Assembly: GCA_964551015.1 (NCBI GenBank)
Contig: CAZKBP010000003.1
Span: 213,327 to 276,717 of the forward strand
Origin: an uncultured Cytophagaceae bacterium
GTDB lineage: Bacteria; Bacteroidota; Bacteroidia; Cytophagales; Microscillaceae
Direction: 5' to 3'
DNA length: 63,391 bases
The notes below the pieces were generated by a model. The model had not been told where the DNA came from and did no database searches. It was given only the letters and a program-made list of their open reading frames with translations. Of this stretch, positions 51,858 through 61,777 are shown piece by piece. Made by a program: the position numbers and the translations under genes. The stretch's first letter is position 1, and every line of letters begins with the position of its first letter.

Positions 51858-53024
51858 TCAATACTTTGGTAGAGAAGGGTCAATCTCTTTGACCCAGGCC
51901 AAGATACCTCCTTCTAAATTATAAAGGTTTTTAAATCCATATTGATCTTCTAAAAGCCGAATGGCCTCCTTGCTTCGCTTGCCACTACGGCAGTGAAGAA
52001 TGACTTTCTTGTTCAGGCTAATTCGATCCACTTCTTCGCGAATGGTATGGAGAGGGAGCAAATCGCCTTGAAGGTTGACAATCTCGTATTCATAAGGTTC
52101 GCGGACATCAATCAACTGAAAATCTTCTTTTTGCTGAATCATTTCCTGTAATTGTTGAACCCCGATTGACTTGATAGAACTGGTTTCTCGCTCTTGCTGC
52201 TGAGGAACACCGCAAAACTCCTGATAATCAATTAGTTTAGTGATCGTGGGATGCTCACCATTGATCGGATTATTTTTATGACGCTTGATCTTCAGAACGT
52301 GTGTCTCAAAAGAAGCCGCATCAAATACAAAGAAACGCCCCGAAAGTGGTTGACCCACTCCCGTGATCACCTTGATGACCTCATTGGCCTGCAAGCTACC
52401 AATAATGCCCGGTAAAACACCCAATACGCCCCCTTCGGCACAACTAGGAACCATATCGGGAGGGGGAGGACTAGGATACAAATCACGATAATTTGGGCCT
52501 AAGTTTCCTGCTTGATCGCGATAATTGAATACGGATACTTGTCCTTCAAAACGAAAAATAGCAGCGTAGATGAGGGGCTTATCCAACAATACACAAGCAT
52601 CATTGACCAGATAACGAGTAGGGAAATTATCGGTGCCATCCGCCACAAGATCGTAATCTTGGATGATCTCGAGGGCATTTTTGGAGGTTAATACCGTGTT
52701 GTGTGGCATGATTTTGATGTGGGGATTGAGGCTTTCCAAGCGTTTTTGAGCCGCTTCTACTTTGGGTTGGCCTATATTTTCTACCCCGAAGAGCACTTGT
52801 CTTTGCAGATTAGATTCATCTACAACATCAAAATCGACAATGCCAATCGTGCCCACACCCGCCGCGGTCAAATAAAGCAACAGCGGGCTACCCAAACCAC
52901 CTGAACCCACCACCAGCACGCTGGCCGCTTTGAGCTTGCGTTGTCCTTCTATATTAAATTCAGGGATTAGCAAGTGACGGCTGTATCTCTCCAACTCGGC
53001 CTTGCTAAATTCAATTTTTTCCAT
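51858..53024 (-). CDS. moeB: Molybdopterin-synthase/ThiS adenylyltransferase (MoeB/ThiF E1-like) with C-terminal rhodanese domain
   Basis: RYSRHLLIPEF is followed by the nucleotide-binding VLVVGSGGLGSPLLLYLTAAGVG, and the C-terminal rhodanese domain has an active-site Cys (ILHCRSGKRS). The ATG at 53024 was chosen over the upstream TTG at 53042. Confidence 0.85.
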   Translation of the reverse strand: MEKIEFSKAELERYSRHLLIPEFNIEGQRKLKAASVLVVGSGGLGSPLLLYLTAAGVGTIGIVDFDVVDESNLQRQVLFGVENIGQPKVEAAQKRLESLNPHIKIMPHNTVLTSKNALEIIQDYDLVADGTDNFPTRYLVNDACVLLDKPLIYAAIFRFEGQVSVFNYRDQAGNLGPNYRDLYPSPPPPDMVPSCAEGGVLGVLPGIIGSLQANEVIKVITGVGQPLSGRFFVFDAASFETHVLKIKRHKNNPINGEHPTITKLIDYQEFCGVPQQQERETSSIKSIGVQQLQEMIQQKEDFQLIDVREPYEYEIVNLQGDLLPLHTIREEVDRISLNKKVILHCRSGKRSKEAIRLLEDQYGFKNLYNLEGGILAWVKEIDPSLPKY

Positions 53025-53130
53025 GTTGATTTTGAGTTTCAAAGATTAATTGATCGCGAAATAGCTTTCCTTTACCAAATAGATAATACTTTTTTTTTGA
53101 ACACAGAGACACAGAGGCCTTACGAGGCTT

Positions 53131-53290
53131 ATTCAAACACAGAGACACGGAGACACAGAGGCCTTACTAGGCTTATTCAAACACAGAGACAAATAAAGAC
53201 ACAGAGACAAATAAAGACAAGAGACACAGAGACACAGAGACACAGAGACAAATAGAGACATAAAGATAAAGAGACACACAGATACAGCGC
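53131..53290. repeat. Compound microsatellite built on (CACAGAGA)n. It holds two ~44-bp copies of ACACAGAGACAC..AGAGGCCTTAC(G/T)AGGCTTATTCAA followed by degenerate GAGACA/ATAAAGACA repeats
   Basis: Seen directly in the divergent intergenic region between moeB (-) and the GH2 gene (+). The track ORFs 52974..53255 (+) and 53173..53385 (-) are translation artefacts of this repeat (...TETQRHRDK... and ...CLCVSVSLCL...). Confidence 0.8.
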
Positions 53291-53547
53291 AAACCGCCAA
53301 GACTGGCCTTTACGTGCACGCTACACTTCTTAGCTCCTGCCTCTAGGGTAGGAAGGATCGCTTTTCTTTCTATCTCTACCAACACAGTTGACAGGATTTT
53401 TTATTTATTTTGCTTCCAAATTTTCGTAGAATGAATCATGCCCTCCGATCCTCTCATCGTGTGCTTTCTGATCAAAAAGCGAGAGGATACAGGAGCTAAA
53501 TTATTAAAACAGAAACCCATAACAGACAACTACTTAGCATTTAGCCC

Positions 53548-56145
53548 ATGAAACCAACCGTATGTCCAGCCCTTTTGCTCTTTTTTTTCCTTTCGGGAAA
53601 TGCCTTATTCGGCCAGAGTGGGAGAGGCCAAGAAAATATCAACCAAGATTGGCAATTCTATTTGGGTAATTTTCCCTCTGCCCAAGCCGCCCAAGCTTCC
53701 AGCCAAAATTGGCAAAAAGTAAACCTTCCCCACACTTGGAATGACCAAGATATTGTAGACGAAAAAAAAGGCTACCGCCGAGGCGAAGCTTGGTACAAAA
53801 AAGACCTCGATCAAACTTTCGATCCCGCCCAATTTGCCTATACACTTCATTTTGAAGGGGTAGGGCAGGAGGCCGAGGTTTTTTTAAATGGCAACTCTCT
53901 GGGAAAACATTTAGGAGGTTACACGGCGTTCCAGTTTTCTTTAAATAATTACCTTAAGCCCAATCAAAATCAGCTTTTGGTCAAGGTCAGTAATGCCCTC
54001 AACCGAGATTTGCCCCCCATTGATGGAGATTTTAATATGTTCGGGGGCATCTATCGGGATGTGTTTTTGATTCGCACGGACAAAATACATTTTGATATGC
54101 AAAATAAAGGCTCCCAAGGGGTTTTCGTGGAAACCCCTCAGGTCAGCGCACAGAGAGGAACGGCTACCATTCGTGGACGGGTACACAACGAGTTCAAACA
54201 AACTGAGAAGCTCCGAGTCCGAGCCATTATTTATGACCCCCTGCGAAAATTAGTCCAAAATCAAGAGGCTAAGCTTTCGGCACAAGCGGGGCAATTCGCA
54301 GATTTTTCTTTTTCGCTTCAAGTCGACAATCCACAACTCTGGAGTCCTGAAAATCCGAATCTGTACCAAATTCAGTTAGAAGTTTTTCAGGGCGATCAGA
54401 AAAGAGCTTCGGATGTACTCACTTTGCCCCTTGGCTTTCGTTGGTGGTCGCTCGATGCGCAGACAGGGCTTCGGCTGAACGGACAACCCTATGTGCTCCG
54501 AGGCGCGAGCCGCCACCAAGATTACGCGGGACTGGGAAATGCCCTGAGCAATGAACTGCATATTCAGGACATGGAAAACCTCAAAGCCATGGGAGCTAAC
54601 TTTGTCCGCATTGCCCATTATCCTCAAGACCCGGCGGTGTTAGAAGCTTGTGACCGCCTGGGTTTGCTGGTTTGGGAAGAAATTCCAGTAGTAACTTCCA
54701 TCCATAATAGCGAAGGTTTTCGGGAAAATGCCAAAGAAATGCTTCGTGAAATGATTCGCCAGCATTACAACCACCCCTCGGTGATGATTTGGGGCTATCT
54801 CAATGAGGTGCTCTTGTACGCCAAGGCACAAGATCAAGCCAAGATCAGTCAAGGTTTTACGCTGGCTCAGGAACTGGAGCAGGTAGCTAAGTCAGAAGAC
54901 CCCAATCGCTTGACGGCGCTGGCGCAACATGGGAATTTTAACCTGACCAATGCTTCGGGCATGAATCAAGTACCCGATGTGGTGGGTTTTAATATTTATT
55001 TTGGTTGGTACGGAGGAATCAAGCCGCTGGTGGGGAATTTGGATGGAAATTTAAAATTAAACCCACCCCGACCCACTTTGATTTCAGAATACGGAGCCGG
55101 AAGCGATCCGCGTATTCACTCTCTGGAACCCAAACGCTTTGATTTTTCGGAAGAACATGCCTTCTTTGTTCACCAAACTTATCTAAAAGAACTGCAAACC
55201 ACGCGTCCCTACCTGATCGGGTCGGCCATCTGGAATCTGAACGACTTTAGCTCCAATATTCGGGGCGATGCCGTGCCTTTTATCAATAGTAAGGGAATTT
55301 TTACCTTTGATCGCCAACCTAAGGATGTATATTATCTGTATAAGGTTTTATGGAAACCCGAAGAACCTTTGGTACACATTGCCAGCCAGAATTGGCAGTA
55401 TCGGGTAGGAGAGGCCGAAACCGAGGGCGCACCTTTTAGCTTTCAGGAGGTGCAGGTATTTAGCAATTTGCCCGAAATAGAACTCATTCTCAATAATAGA
55501 ACCTTGACTACGCAGAAAGTGGTGGATGGAATTGCCAAGTTTGATGTGCCTTTCTTAGCAGGAGAAAACACGCTGGAGGCTCGTGGGCAGCGAAGAGGCA
55601 AAACCTATCAAGACAAAATAAAGATTCAATTTCGCTTACATCCTTATTTGCTCCGCGAAAAAGAGCCATTCACCCCCATCTACATGAACTTAGGTGCGCC
55701 TTTCTATTTTGTGGATAAAACGAGAAAGCTATGCTGGGAACCCGAAAAAGCCTACCGCCAGGGAAGCTATGGCTACCTAGGAGGAGAAGCTTTTACCATT
55801 TCTAAACACGGAGGACGCTTTGGTACAGACCGTAATATTGAGAACTCTGAACTGGACCCTCTCTTCCAGACCCGACGAGACGGTCGGCACGCACTAAAAT
55901 TTGATGTGCCCGATGGTACTTATGAGCTAACTCTATACTTTGCCGAGATCAATCAGGGGCAGAGCCGAGCTTTTATCGTGGATGCGGAGGGGCAGAGACT
56001 TTTGGACGGTTTTTCGCCCCGACAAGAAGTAGGAAATTTTAAAATGGTTGCCAAAAAATTCAAGCTAGAAGCAAAAAACCAACAAGGCATACAAATCCGA
56101 CTCTCGGATGGCTTTGTCAATGCAGTGAGTTTGGAGAAACTGTAA
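53548..56145 (+). CDS. Glycoside hydrolase family 2 (beta-galactosidase/beta-glucuronidase/beta-mannosidase-like) with a C-terminal ~250-aa carbohydrate-binding (malectin-like) region
   Basis: It has a signal peptide, the GH2 sugar-binding N-terminal domain and a TIM barrel with acid/base WGYLNEV and nucleophile ISEYGAG. The C-terminal extension (CWEPEKAYRQGSYGYLGGEAF...) resembles a malectin-type domain, but this is a tentative call. Confidence 0.8.
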   Translation: MKPTVCPALLLFFFLSGNALFGQSGRGQENINQDWQFYLGNFPSAQAAQASSQNWQKVNLPHTWNDQDIVDEKKGYRRGEAWYKKDLDQTFDPAQFAYTLHFEGVGQEAEVFLNGNSLGKHLGGYTAFQFSLNNYLKPNQNQLLVKVSNALNRDLPPIDGDFNMFGGIYRDVFLIRTDKIHFDMQNKGSQGVFVETPQVSAQRGTATIRGRVHNEFKQTEKLRVRAIIYDPLRKLVQNQEAKLSAQAGQFADFSFSLQVDNPQLWSPENPNLYQIQLEVFQGDQKRASDVLTLPLGFRWWSLDAQTGLRLNGQPYVLRGASRHQDYAGLGNALSNELHIQDMENLKAMGANFVRIAHYPQDPAVLEACDRLGLLVWEEIPVVTSIHNSEGFRENAKEMLREMIRQHYNHPSVMIWGYLNEVLLYAKAQDQAKISQGFTLAQELEQVAKSEDPNRLTALAQHGNFNLTNASGMNQVPDVVGFNIYFGWYGGIKPLVGNLDGNLKLNPPRPTLISEYGAGSDPRIHSLEPKRFDFSEEHAFFVHQTYLKELQTTRPYLIGSAIWNLNDFSSNIRGDAVPFINSKGIFTFDRQPKDVYYLYKVLWKPEEPLVHIASQNWQYRVGEAETEGAPFSFQEVQVFSNLPEIELILNNRTLTTQKVVDGIAKFDVPFLAGENTLEARGQRRGKTYQDKIKIQFRLHPYLLREKEPFTPIYMNLGAPFYFVDKTRKLCWEPEKAYRQGSYGYLGGEAFTISKHGGRFGTDRNIENSELDPLFQTRRDGRHALKFDVPDGTYELTLYFAEINQGQSRAFIVDAEGQRLLDGFSPRQEVGNFKMVAKKFKLEAKNQQGIQIRLSDGFVNAVSLEKL

Positions 56146-56710
56146 AGAATCGGTCATCTGGGTGCTACTGATTTTCTATCCCAAACTAGCTTCTTGCCGA
56201 GCGTGGCCAGATCTCCACCTCGGGCGGTAGTTTATTATATTTCTTAAGATAGAGCAGGACATAGAGCACACCCAGAGAGGCAATGGGGTCTTCTGTGCGG
56301 AGGAATTCGCTTTCGGCATTTTGGATTTCTTTGAGAGCTTCTGACATATTTTTGACACTGCCAAACGCTTGGTATCCTTCTTTGAATCCTCGACTCAAAA
56401 ACCGAAACGCCGTGCTTAAGTTGCCTTTTTTAATTTGACGGAGGGCATTTTTTCCAGCTTGCGTGTTGGAAAAGTGCTGTCAGGCAATAATTTCCAGACA
56501 TGCAATCGATATTTTGAGGTTTGTTTAAAGCCACGATAGGACAGGAGTTTGTGGATAGCAAGACTGAAGGCCGAAGCCTAGAGATTGAATATATAGAGTT
56601 CTTTAGGAAAGACAAATCTAGGTTCGCCCATGTTTCTAGTCAGCCTCAATTTTCTGGGAAAATTCTTTCAAAAGCAGAAATCAGACGAGGGATCAGTAAA
56701 TTTTTGGATA

Positions 56711-56775
56711 CCTAACAGCATTAGGTTTGTTATACTCAATATTGTTAGGTATATTTGCCTAATGATATTAGGTAA
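56711..56775 (+). promoter_or_regulatory. Putative PadR operator: three TTAGGT half-sites spaced exactly 24 bp apart (56721, 56745, 56769), two of them within palindromes CCTAACAGCATTAGG (56711-56725) and TTAGGTATATTTGCCTAA (56745-56762)
   Basis: Seen directly, 20-80 bp upstream of the padR ATG (56794). Assigning it a function is inference. Confidence 0.4.
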
Positions 56776-56793
56776 AATTAAATTCTTAAAACT

Positions 56794-57138
56794 ATGGCAA
56801 GTAAAGCAATGGTAGCGGCTTCTACCCGACCGATTATTCTTTCGCTTCTATCGCACGGGGAGAGTTACGGATATCAGATCATCAAGAATGTAGAGCGTCT
56901 TTCGGGAGGGGAACTTGAGTGGACAGATGCTATGCTCTATCCTGTTCTGCATCGGATGGAACGTGAAGGGGTGATCCAGTCCAAATGGGTGATTCAAGAG
57001 AATGGCCGCAAACGCAAGTATTATCACCTCACCGAAGCGGGTCAAGAAGCACTTGCCTTAGAAAAGAAACAATGGGTGAACGTGAATCAAGCCCTGAATC
57101 TACTCTGGGGTCCTTCTCCGCAATTAAATCTGGGATAA
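56794..57138 (+). CDS. PadR family transcriptional regulator
   Basis: RPIILSLLSHGESYGYQIIKNVERLSGGELEWTDAMLYPVLHRMEREGVIQSKWV...GRKRKYYHLTEAGQEAL is a canonical PadR winged helix. Confidence 0.85.
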   Translation: MASKAMVAASTRPIILSLLSHGESYGYQIIKNVERLSGGELEWTDAMLYPVLHRMEREGVIQSKWVIQENGRKRKYYHLTEAGQEALALEKKQWVNVNQALNLLWGPSPQLNLG

Positions 57139-57255
57139 GTAAAGAGACGATCAGCCCTTTCTCATGGCTAGTAAAATAGCCTCGGGGAATATGAATCCAA
57201 GCGCTGAAAAGCCCCCACAAACCATTACCAATCATTTTACAAGTACCATCAAACC

Positions 57256-59964
57256 ATGAAATTTGATCTAGAAAAAGCTATCCAAAGCTGGCACCGAGAA
57301 CTACGGAGCCATCCTGGCTTGGAGCCAGGCTATATCGAGGAGCTCGAGTGCAGCCTCCGCGATCGTATTGACGATTACCTGATCCAAGGGATGGACGAAG
57401 CATCAGCTTTCCAGAAAGCCAAGGCCAAGTCTCTCGAGAGTGCCGAAGCCGTAGCGGATGAATTCTACAAAGCACGCCGTCGCACGCATCGCCGCCCGCC
57501 CTGGAAAAAACGTTTTGATTTCTTCTATCTTCTGCCCAATTATCTGAAGGTTGCTTTCCGCAGTTTTGCCCGTAAAAGATTCTATACAAGTATTAATCTC
57601 CTAGGATTAATCATCGGTTTGCTCTGTGCCACGGTGGTGTTCCTCTACATCCAATATGAGGTGGGTTATGACCAATTCCACGAAAAATCAGATCGACTTT
57701 ATCGGGTTGCTCGCACTTTTCGCTCCCAAGACTATAGTGTGGTGAGTTTTGACGGCTATTACAGTGCACCCCCCAAAGTACAGATGAAACAGATAGAGGG
57801 TATGCGGGCGGTCACCGGCGTCAAGAATGCGACGCATTTTTATATTTTTGATCAACCGATCTTCGTGGACAATGGGTACAAGCGTCTGGAGGTCAAACAA
57901 ATCTTGAGTACCAACACGCCCGCTTCCTTTTTCGAGATGTTTAGCTGGCAGTTCATCCGTGGGAATGCGCAGAGAGTGGCTTTCGGTTCGGGGAGAGCGG
58001 TACTGACCAGAAGCACCATAGAAAAAATCTATGGCAAAAATTGGCAAACTCTTCCTGACTTATTCAAAAAAACCTTAGAAATTGAAGGGGAAAATTACCT
58101 CATCGCTGGGGTGATTGAGGATATTCCTGCCAATTCGCACTTTGAATTCAGTATGCTCCTGCACCAGCCTAAGATTGGCTACTGGGGCGGGAGGACTTAT
58201 GTAGAACTCTCACCAGGAACCGACCCTGAGCAGGTGGCTGAACGCATGAATGCATCCATTGACAAGATTAATACCCGCCTGGCAGAGAGTGAGCTTTTCG
58301 GAGGAAATTTCTTACAAGCCATCACGAGCATTCATCTCTACTCCGATCTGCTCTACGAGATGAAACCGCCCGGAGAACTACGTTATTTGTATGTATTCGG
58401 GGCAATGGCTTTGATTATTCTCATCATTACCATTACCAACTATACCAACCTCTCGATCGCGATGAATACCGGAAGAACCCGTGAGATTGGTCTGCGCAAG
58501 GTTTTGGGAGCAGGAAAACGTAGCATTGTACAGCAATTTCTGCTGGAATCAGTGTTGCTCAGCTTGATAGCCGTGCCGCTGGTTTTGATCTTATTGCGGT
58601 GGGTCTTACCAGAATTTAACCAATTCATGGGCGTGTCTTTGGAGAATTTATTTATAGAAATGCCTCTTTATACTTTGGGTCTGACTTTGGGGGCGGTTCT
58701 CGTGGGGACATTGTCTGGCTTGTACCCGGCTTTTTATTTATCTGGGAAAAAAATCACCCAACTGTTCCGCAAGAATGGCATCCAAGCCAAAACCCGAGGC
58801 TTCACTTTACGCAAAGCCCTGATTACTTTCCAGTTTGCCCTTTTGATTGGGCTAGGTAGTGTAACGTTTTTAATCAATGAGCAATTACGCTACGTAGATC
58901 AAAAAGACCTGGGCTACCGTCGGGAAGGTCTGCTTTATGTCCTGCTAGAAAATGATGAATACTCCCTAATTCGCGAAAAATTGGAAAAAATGCCCGAAGT
59001 CCAGGCCGTGGGGGCGGGTTCTGCTCTTGGTCGCCAGCCTTTCAACCAGCTTACTTACAAGCTAGATCAAACCGAGGAAGTTTTTGATGATGCCACCAGC
59101 CTTTTTATGGACTATGGTGCCGTCAAAGCTTACAATCTTGACATTCCCACCGTTTATCAAAAATACTTGGACGACCCTAGTCAGGCACCCGACGAGATTT
59201 TACTCATTAACGAAACTGCTGCCCAAAAGCTAGCTCGCGTACACGGAATAGATCAACAAGACCTGATCGGTCGCCAAATTATTACTGAGCCAGAATACAC
59301 CCAAGAAGATGGAACGGTGGGTTTCCCCAAAACCATCGCGGGCATCTTTGAGGACATTCATCTTTTCTCACTCCGCGAAGCCGTAGGACCTTATTTCCTA
59401 AGTGTAGAGAGAGACATTGACTGGACTCACAAAGCGGTCGTGCATTTCCAAACGGATCAACTGTTGCCTTTACTGGATAAAATTGGTAAAGCTTATCGGG
59501 AAATTAACCAAAAGACACCTTTTCGCTACGAGTTTCAGGAGGAAAATTTGGCCGAACTCTATGAGCAGGAGCGCCGAATCGCCACGCTTACGATTTGCCT
59601 GAGTGTGATTGCTTTTATGGTGGCCCTGCTAGGTCTGATTGCGCTTTCGGCCTACTTGACGACACTTCGCAAGAAAGAGGTAGGCGTTCGCAAGGTACTG
59701 GGAGCTTCCATCAGTCAGATCGTGCTTTTGTTTAATAAAGAATATATTTACCTGATTGGCTTTGCCCTCTTGATTGCCTCTCCTTTAGCTTATTATGGCG
59801 TAAGGCAGTGGTTGGCCAATTTTGCCTATCGCATTCAGGTTAGCCCGCTGGTTTTTGTAGGAGCCGCCGCCCTTACCCTTACGATTGCACTCGTGGCCGT
59901 GAGTTCTATGGCTTACCGGGCTGCGATCTCCAACCCAGTCAAATCCCTGAGAGATGACCAATAA
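57256..59964 (+). CDS. MacB-like ABC transporter permease with duplicated FtsX domains and an N-terminal PadR-associated cytoplasmic prefix. No ATPase gene is adjacent
   Basis: 902 aa. An N-terminal ~90-aa soluble region comes first. A 4-TM FtsX domain (GLRKVLGAGKRSIVQQFLLESVLLSLIAV) and large periplasmic domains follow, then a second FtsX domain (GVRKVLGASISQIVLLFNKEYIYLIGFALLIA). Confidence 0.85.
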   Translation: MKFDLEKAIQSWHRELRSHPGLEPGYIEELECSLRDRIDDYLIQGMDEASAFQKAKAKSLESAEAVADEFYKARRRTHRRPPWKKRFDFFYLLPNYLKVAFRSFARKRFYTSINLLGLIIGLLCATVVFLYIQYEVGYDQFHEKSDRLYRVARTFRSQDYSVVSFDGYYSAPPKVQMKQIEGMRAVTGVKNATHFYIFDQPIFVDNGYKRLEVKQILSTNTPASFFEMFSWQFIRGNAQRVAFGSGRAVLTRSTIEKIYGKNWQTLPDLFKKTLEIEGENYLIAGVIEDIPANSHFEFSMLLHQPKIGYWGGRTYVELSPGTDPEQVAERMNASIDKINTRLAESELFGGNFLQAITSIHLYSDLLYEMKPPGELRYLYVFGAMALIILIITITNYTNLSIAMNTGRTREIGLRKVLGAGKRSIVQQFLLESVLLSLIAVPLVLILLRWVLPEFNQFMGVSLENLFIEMPLYTLGLTLGAVLVGTLSGLYPAFYLSGKKITQLFRKNGIQAKTRGFTLRKALITFQFALLIGLGSVTFLINEQLRYVDQKDLGYRREGLLYVLLENDEYSLIREKLEKMPEVQAVGAGSALGRQPFNQLTYKLDQTEEVFDDATSLFMDYGAVKAYNLDIPTVYQKYLDDPSQAPDEILLINETAAQKLARVHGIDQQDLIGRQIITEPEYTQEDGTVGFPKTIAGIFEDIHLFSLREAVGPYFLSVERDIDWTHKAVVHFQTDQLLPLLDKIGKAYREINQKTPFRYEFQEENLAELYEQERRIATLTICLSVIAFMVALLGLIALSAYLTTLRKKEVGVRKVLGASISQIVLLFNKEYIYLIGFALLIASPLAYYGVRQWLANFAYRIQVSPLVFVGAAALTLTIALVAVSSMAYRAAISNPVKSLRDDQ

Positions 59965-59997
59965 TTCTGAAAATTTTTACACAAAAAATACGATAAG

Positions 59998-60849
59998 ATG
60001 AAAAAAGGATTCATTTTGTTACTACTTGCGATCGTTCCCTGTCTCATTTTCGCGCAAGCAGAAATTAACCCTGAAACGGGTCAGGTTCCCGAATGGGAAA
60101 CCTTTGCTCCCGGCGTGATTTCTCTGCCGGATATTCGGGAAACTTCACCCTCCATCACCGCCGATGGCCAAACCCTGGTCTTTGCCCGCACCCAAAACTG
60201 GAAAGACAAAGTGCCCTACATCGCTCAGTGGGTGGATGGAACATGGCAGGTAGAAAAAGCTCCCTTCGTGGATACGGTCTACAACCTCGCGATCAGCCCC
60301 GACGGGCAGACGATCTTTATCAAAAAATATGAGAAGCGCGGGGAAGGCGAAGACGATATCAGCCACGTGTACCGAGTCGATAGAACCGCCTCGGGCTGGA
60401 GCGAAATGAAAGAAATCAAATCGCTCTATAATATCAATGCGGGCTACTTCTGCCCCATGGCCAGTGGCCGGCTTTACTTCTATGCCCGGGGCCATCTGGA
60501 AAAGGGAATTTACTACGCCGATCCTTTGGGAAATGGCGATTATGGCCCGCCCGTTTGGCTGAGTGATGAAGTCAGCACGTCCGAGGTCAGCACCTCCTTT
60601 GATGTTTACATCAATGTTGAGGAAGACCGCTTGTTCATTACTAAAAGCGGAGGAGAAGATTTCGACCGTGGCTTTTATTTTTATGAAAAGACAGCATCGG
60701 GCTGGAACCAGAGGAAGAAACTCGATAACTTACCTTACGGCTGGGGGATGACCGTCTTGCCCGGCGAGCGAGTGCTGTTTGTGGATGCAGGTGATCTGCA
60801 GGTGATGCCCCTTGCGAAGTTAAAGGTCGATTGGAGCCAGCCGGAATAA
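59998..60849 (+). CDS. Secreted protein with PD40/TolB-like beta-propeller repeat features (hypothetical)
   Basis: It has a signal peptide (MKKGFILLLLAIVPCLIFAQA), and ITADGQTLVFA and ISPDGQTIFI are PD40-like repeat signatures. Confidence 0.5.
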   Translation: MKKGFILLLLAIVPCLIFAQAEINPETGQVPEWETFAPGVISLPDIRETSPSITADGQTLVFARTQNWKDKVPYIAQWVDGTWQVEKAPFVDTVYNLAISPDGQTIFIKKYEKRGEGEDDISHVYRVDRTASGWSEMKEIKSLYNINAGYFCPMASGRLYFYARGHLEKGIYYADPLGNGDYGPPVWLSDEVSTSEVSTSFDVYINVEEDRLFITKSGGEDFDRGFYFYEKTASGWNQRKKLDNLPYGWGMTVLPGERVLFVDAGDLQVMPLAKLKVDWSQPE

Positions 60850-60901
60850 GGATAATGAGTTCAGATAATCTCTCAAACATTACAATGAAATCTTAAAACT
60901 C

Positions 60902-61708
60902 ATGAAAAAGACTTGGCTACTAATCCTTTTTATTCATTTGCTAAGGTTGGAAAGTCCAGCCCAGAAGGTCAATCGATTATTAGACTCACTGGAGATTTAC
61001 CCGACGACCATTAGTTTCCACCCTAGAGGACAAATTCTGATCTCTGAGTACAAGCGTAAAACCAGACAACGGTTTATGTACATGATTTCGCAAAATGAGC
61101 AAGGGTGGCAACTTGATACTTTGCCAGTGGATGACCCCAATCGGGCGGCATTTTCCAAAGGGGGAGAATACATCATTTATAATACTTTTGATCCGCTTTC
61201 TAGGGAGCAGTACACGATTAAAAGAAAATTTGATGGCAAGGACAAATTCGGCTCTCCCTTTTACCTCTCTCAGCAATTGATGTTGGATAACATGTATTAT
61301 TATTTCATGGATGAGGAGGAGAATTTCTACTATTATACTTTCGTGAGAAAAGACCGCTCCCAAGGAGGCTTATTTTTATCTGCTTTCGAGAATGGACGCT
61401 ATCAGAAACCACAGCAAATCTATCCCGACCGTGAAAATGCCGTGGCTTACACGCCGCTCATCTTGGACGAGGAAACCATGCTTTTTACCCAGCATGGCAT
61501 TAAAGACAACTCGACCAATGGAACCTATTTTGCCTTGAAAGAAGGTGAAAAATGGTCAGACCCGATTCTCTTGGAAGAAATTCCCTTCAGCAACGTGATT
61601 ACTTATTATGATGAGGACACCGTGGCGTTTCTGTTAGCGGAAACCGCACGCGTGAAGCTCTACCCCAAAGCAGAATTGCTCGCTTTAATCAAAAACCAAA
61701 GCAACTAA
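60902..61708 (+). CDS. Secreted hypothetical protein (loosely similar in layout to the preceding gene)
   Basis: It has a signal peptide (MKKTWLLILFIHLLRLESPAQ) and the same size class and hydrophobicity pattern as 59998..60849. No motif is recognised. Confidence 0.45.
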   Translation: MKKTWLLILFIHLLRLESPAQKVNRLLDSLEIYPTTISFHPRGQILISEYKRKTRQRFMYMISQNEQGWQLDTLPVDDPNRAAFSKGGEYIIYNTFDPLSREQYTIKRKFDGKDKFGSPFYLSQQLMLDNMYYYFMDEEENFYYYTFVRKDRSQGGLFLSAFENGRYQKPQQIYPDRENAVAYTPLILDEETMLFTQHGIKDNSTNGTYFALKEGEKWSDPILLEEIPFSNVITYYDEDTVAFLLAETARVKLYPKAELLALIKNQSN

Positions 61709-61777
61709 GCCCGGGGCAAATTCGCACTGTACTCTCATTTGAAATTGATTTGAATCTTAAAAACCCTCAAAACATAC

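Noticed and set aside
52974-53385. ORFs 52974..53255 (+) and 53173..53385 (-)
   Set aside because: They are translation artefacts of the (CACAGAGA)n microsatellite (TETQRHRDK.. and CLCVSVSLCL..). They have no start context and overlap each other.
56186-56398. 70-aa TTG-start ORF (minus strand) between the GH2 and padR genes
   Set aside because: The only ATG-initiated version is about 53 aa (MSEALKEIQNAESEF..). It has no recognisable domain and overlaps another small ORF. It could be a gene remnant, but the evidence is too weak to call.
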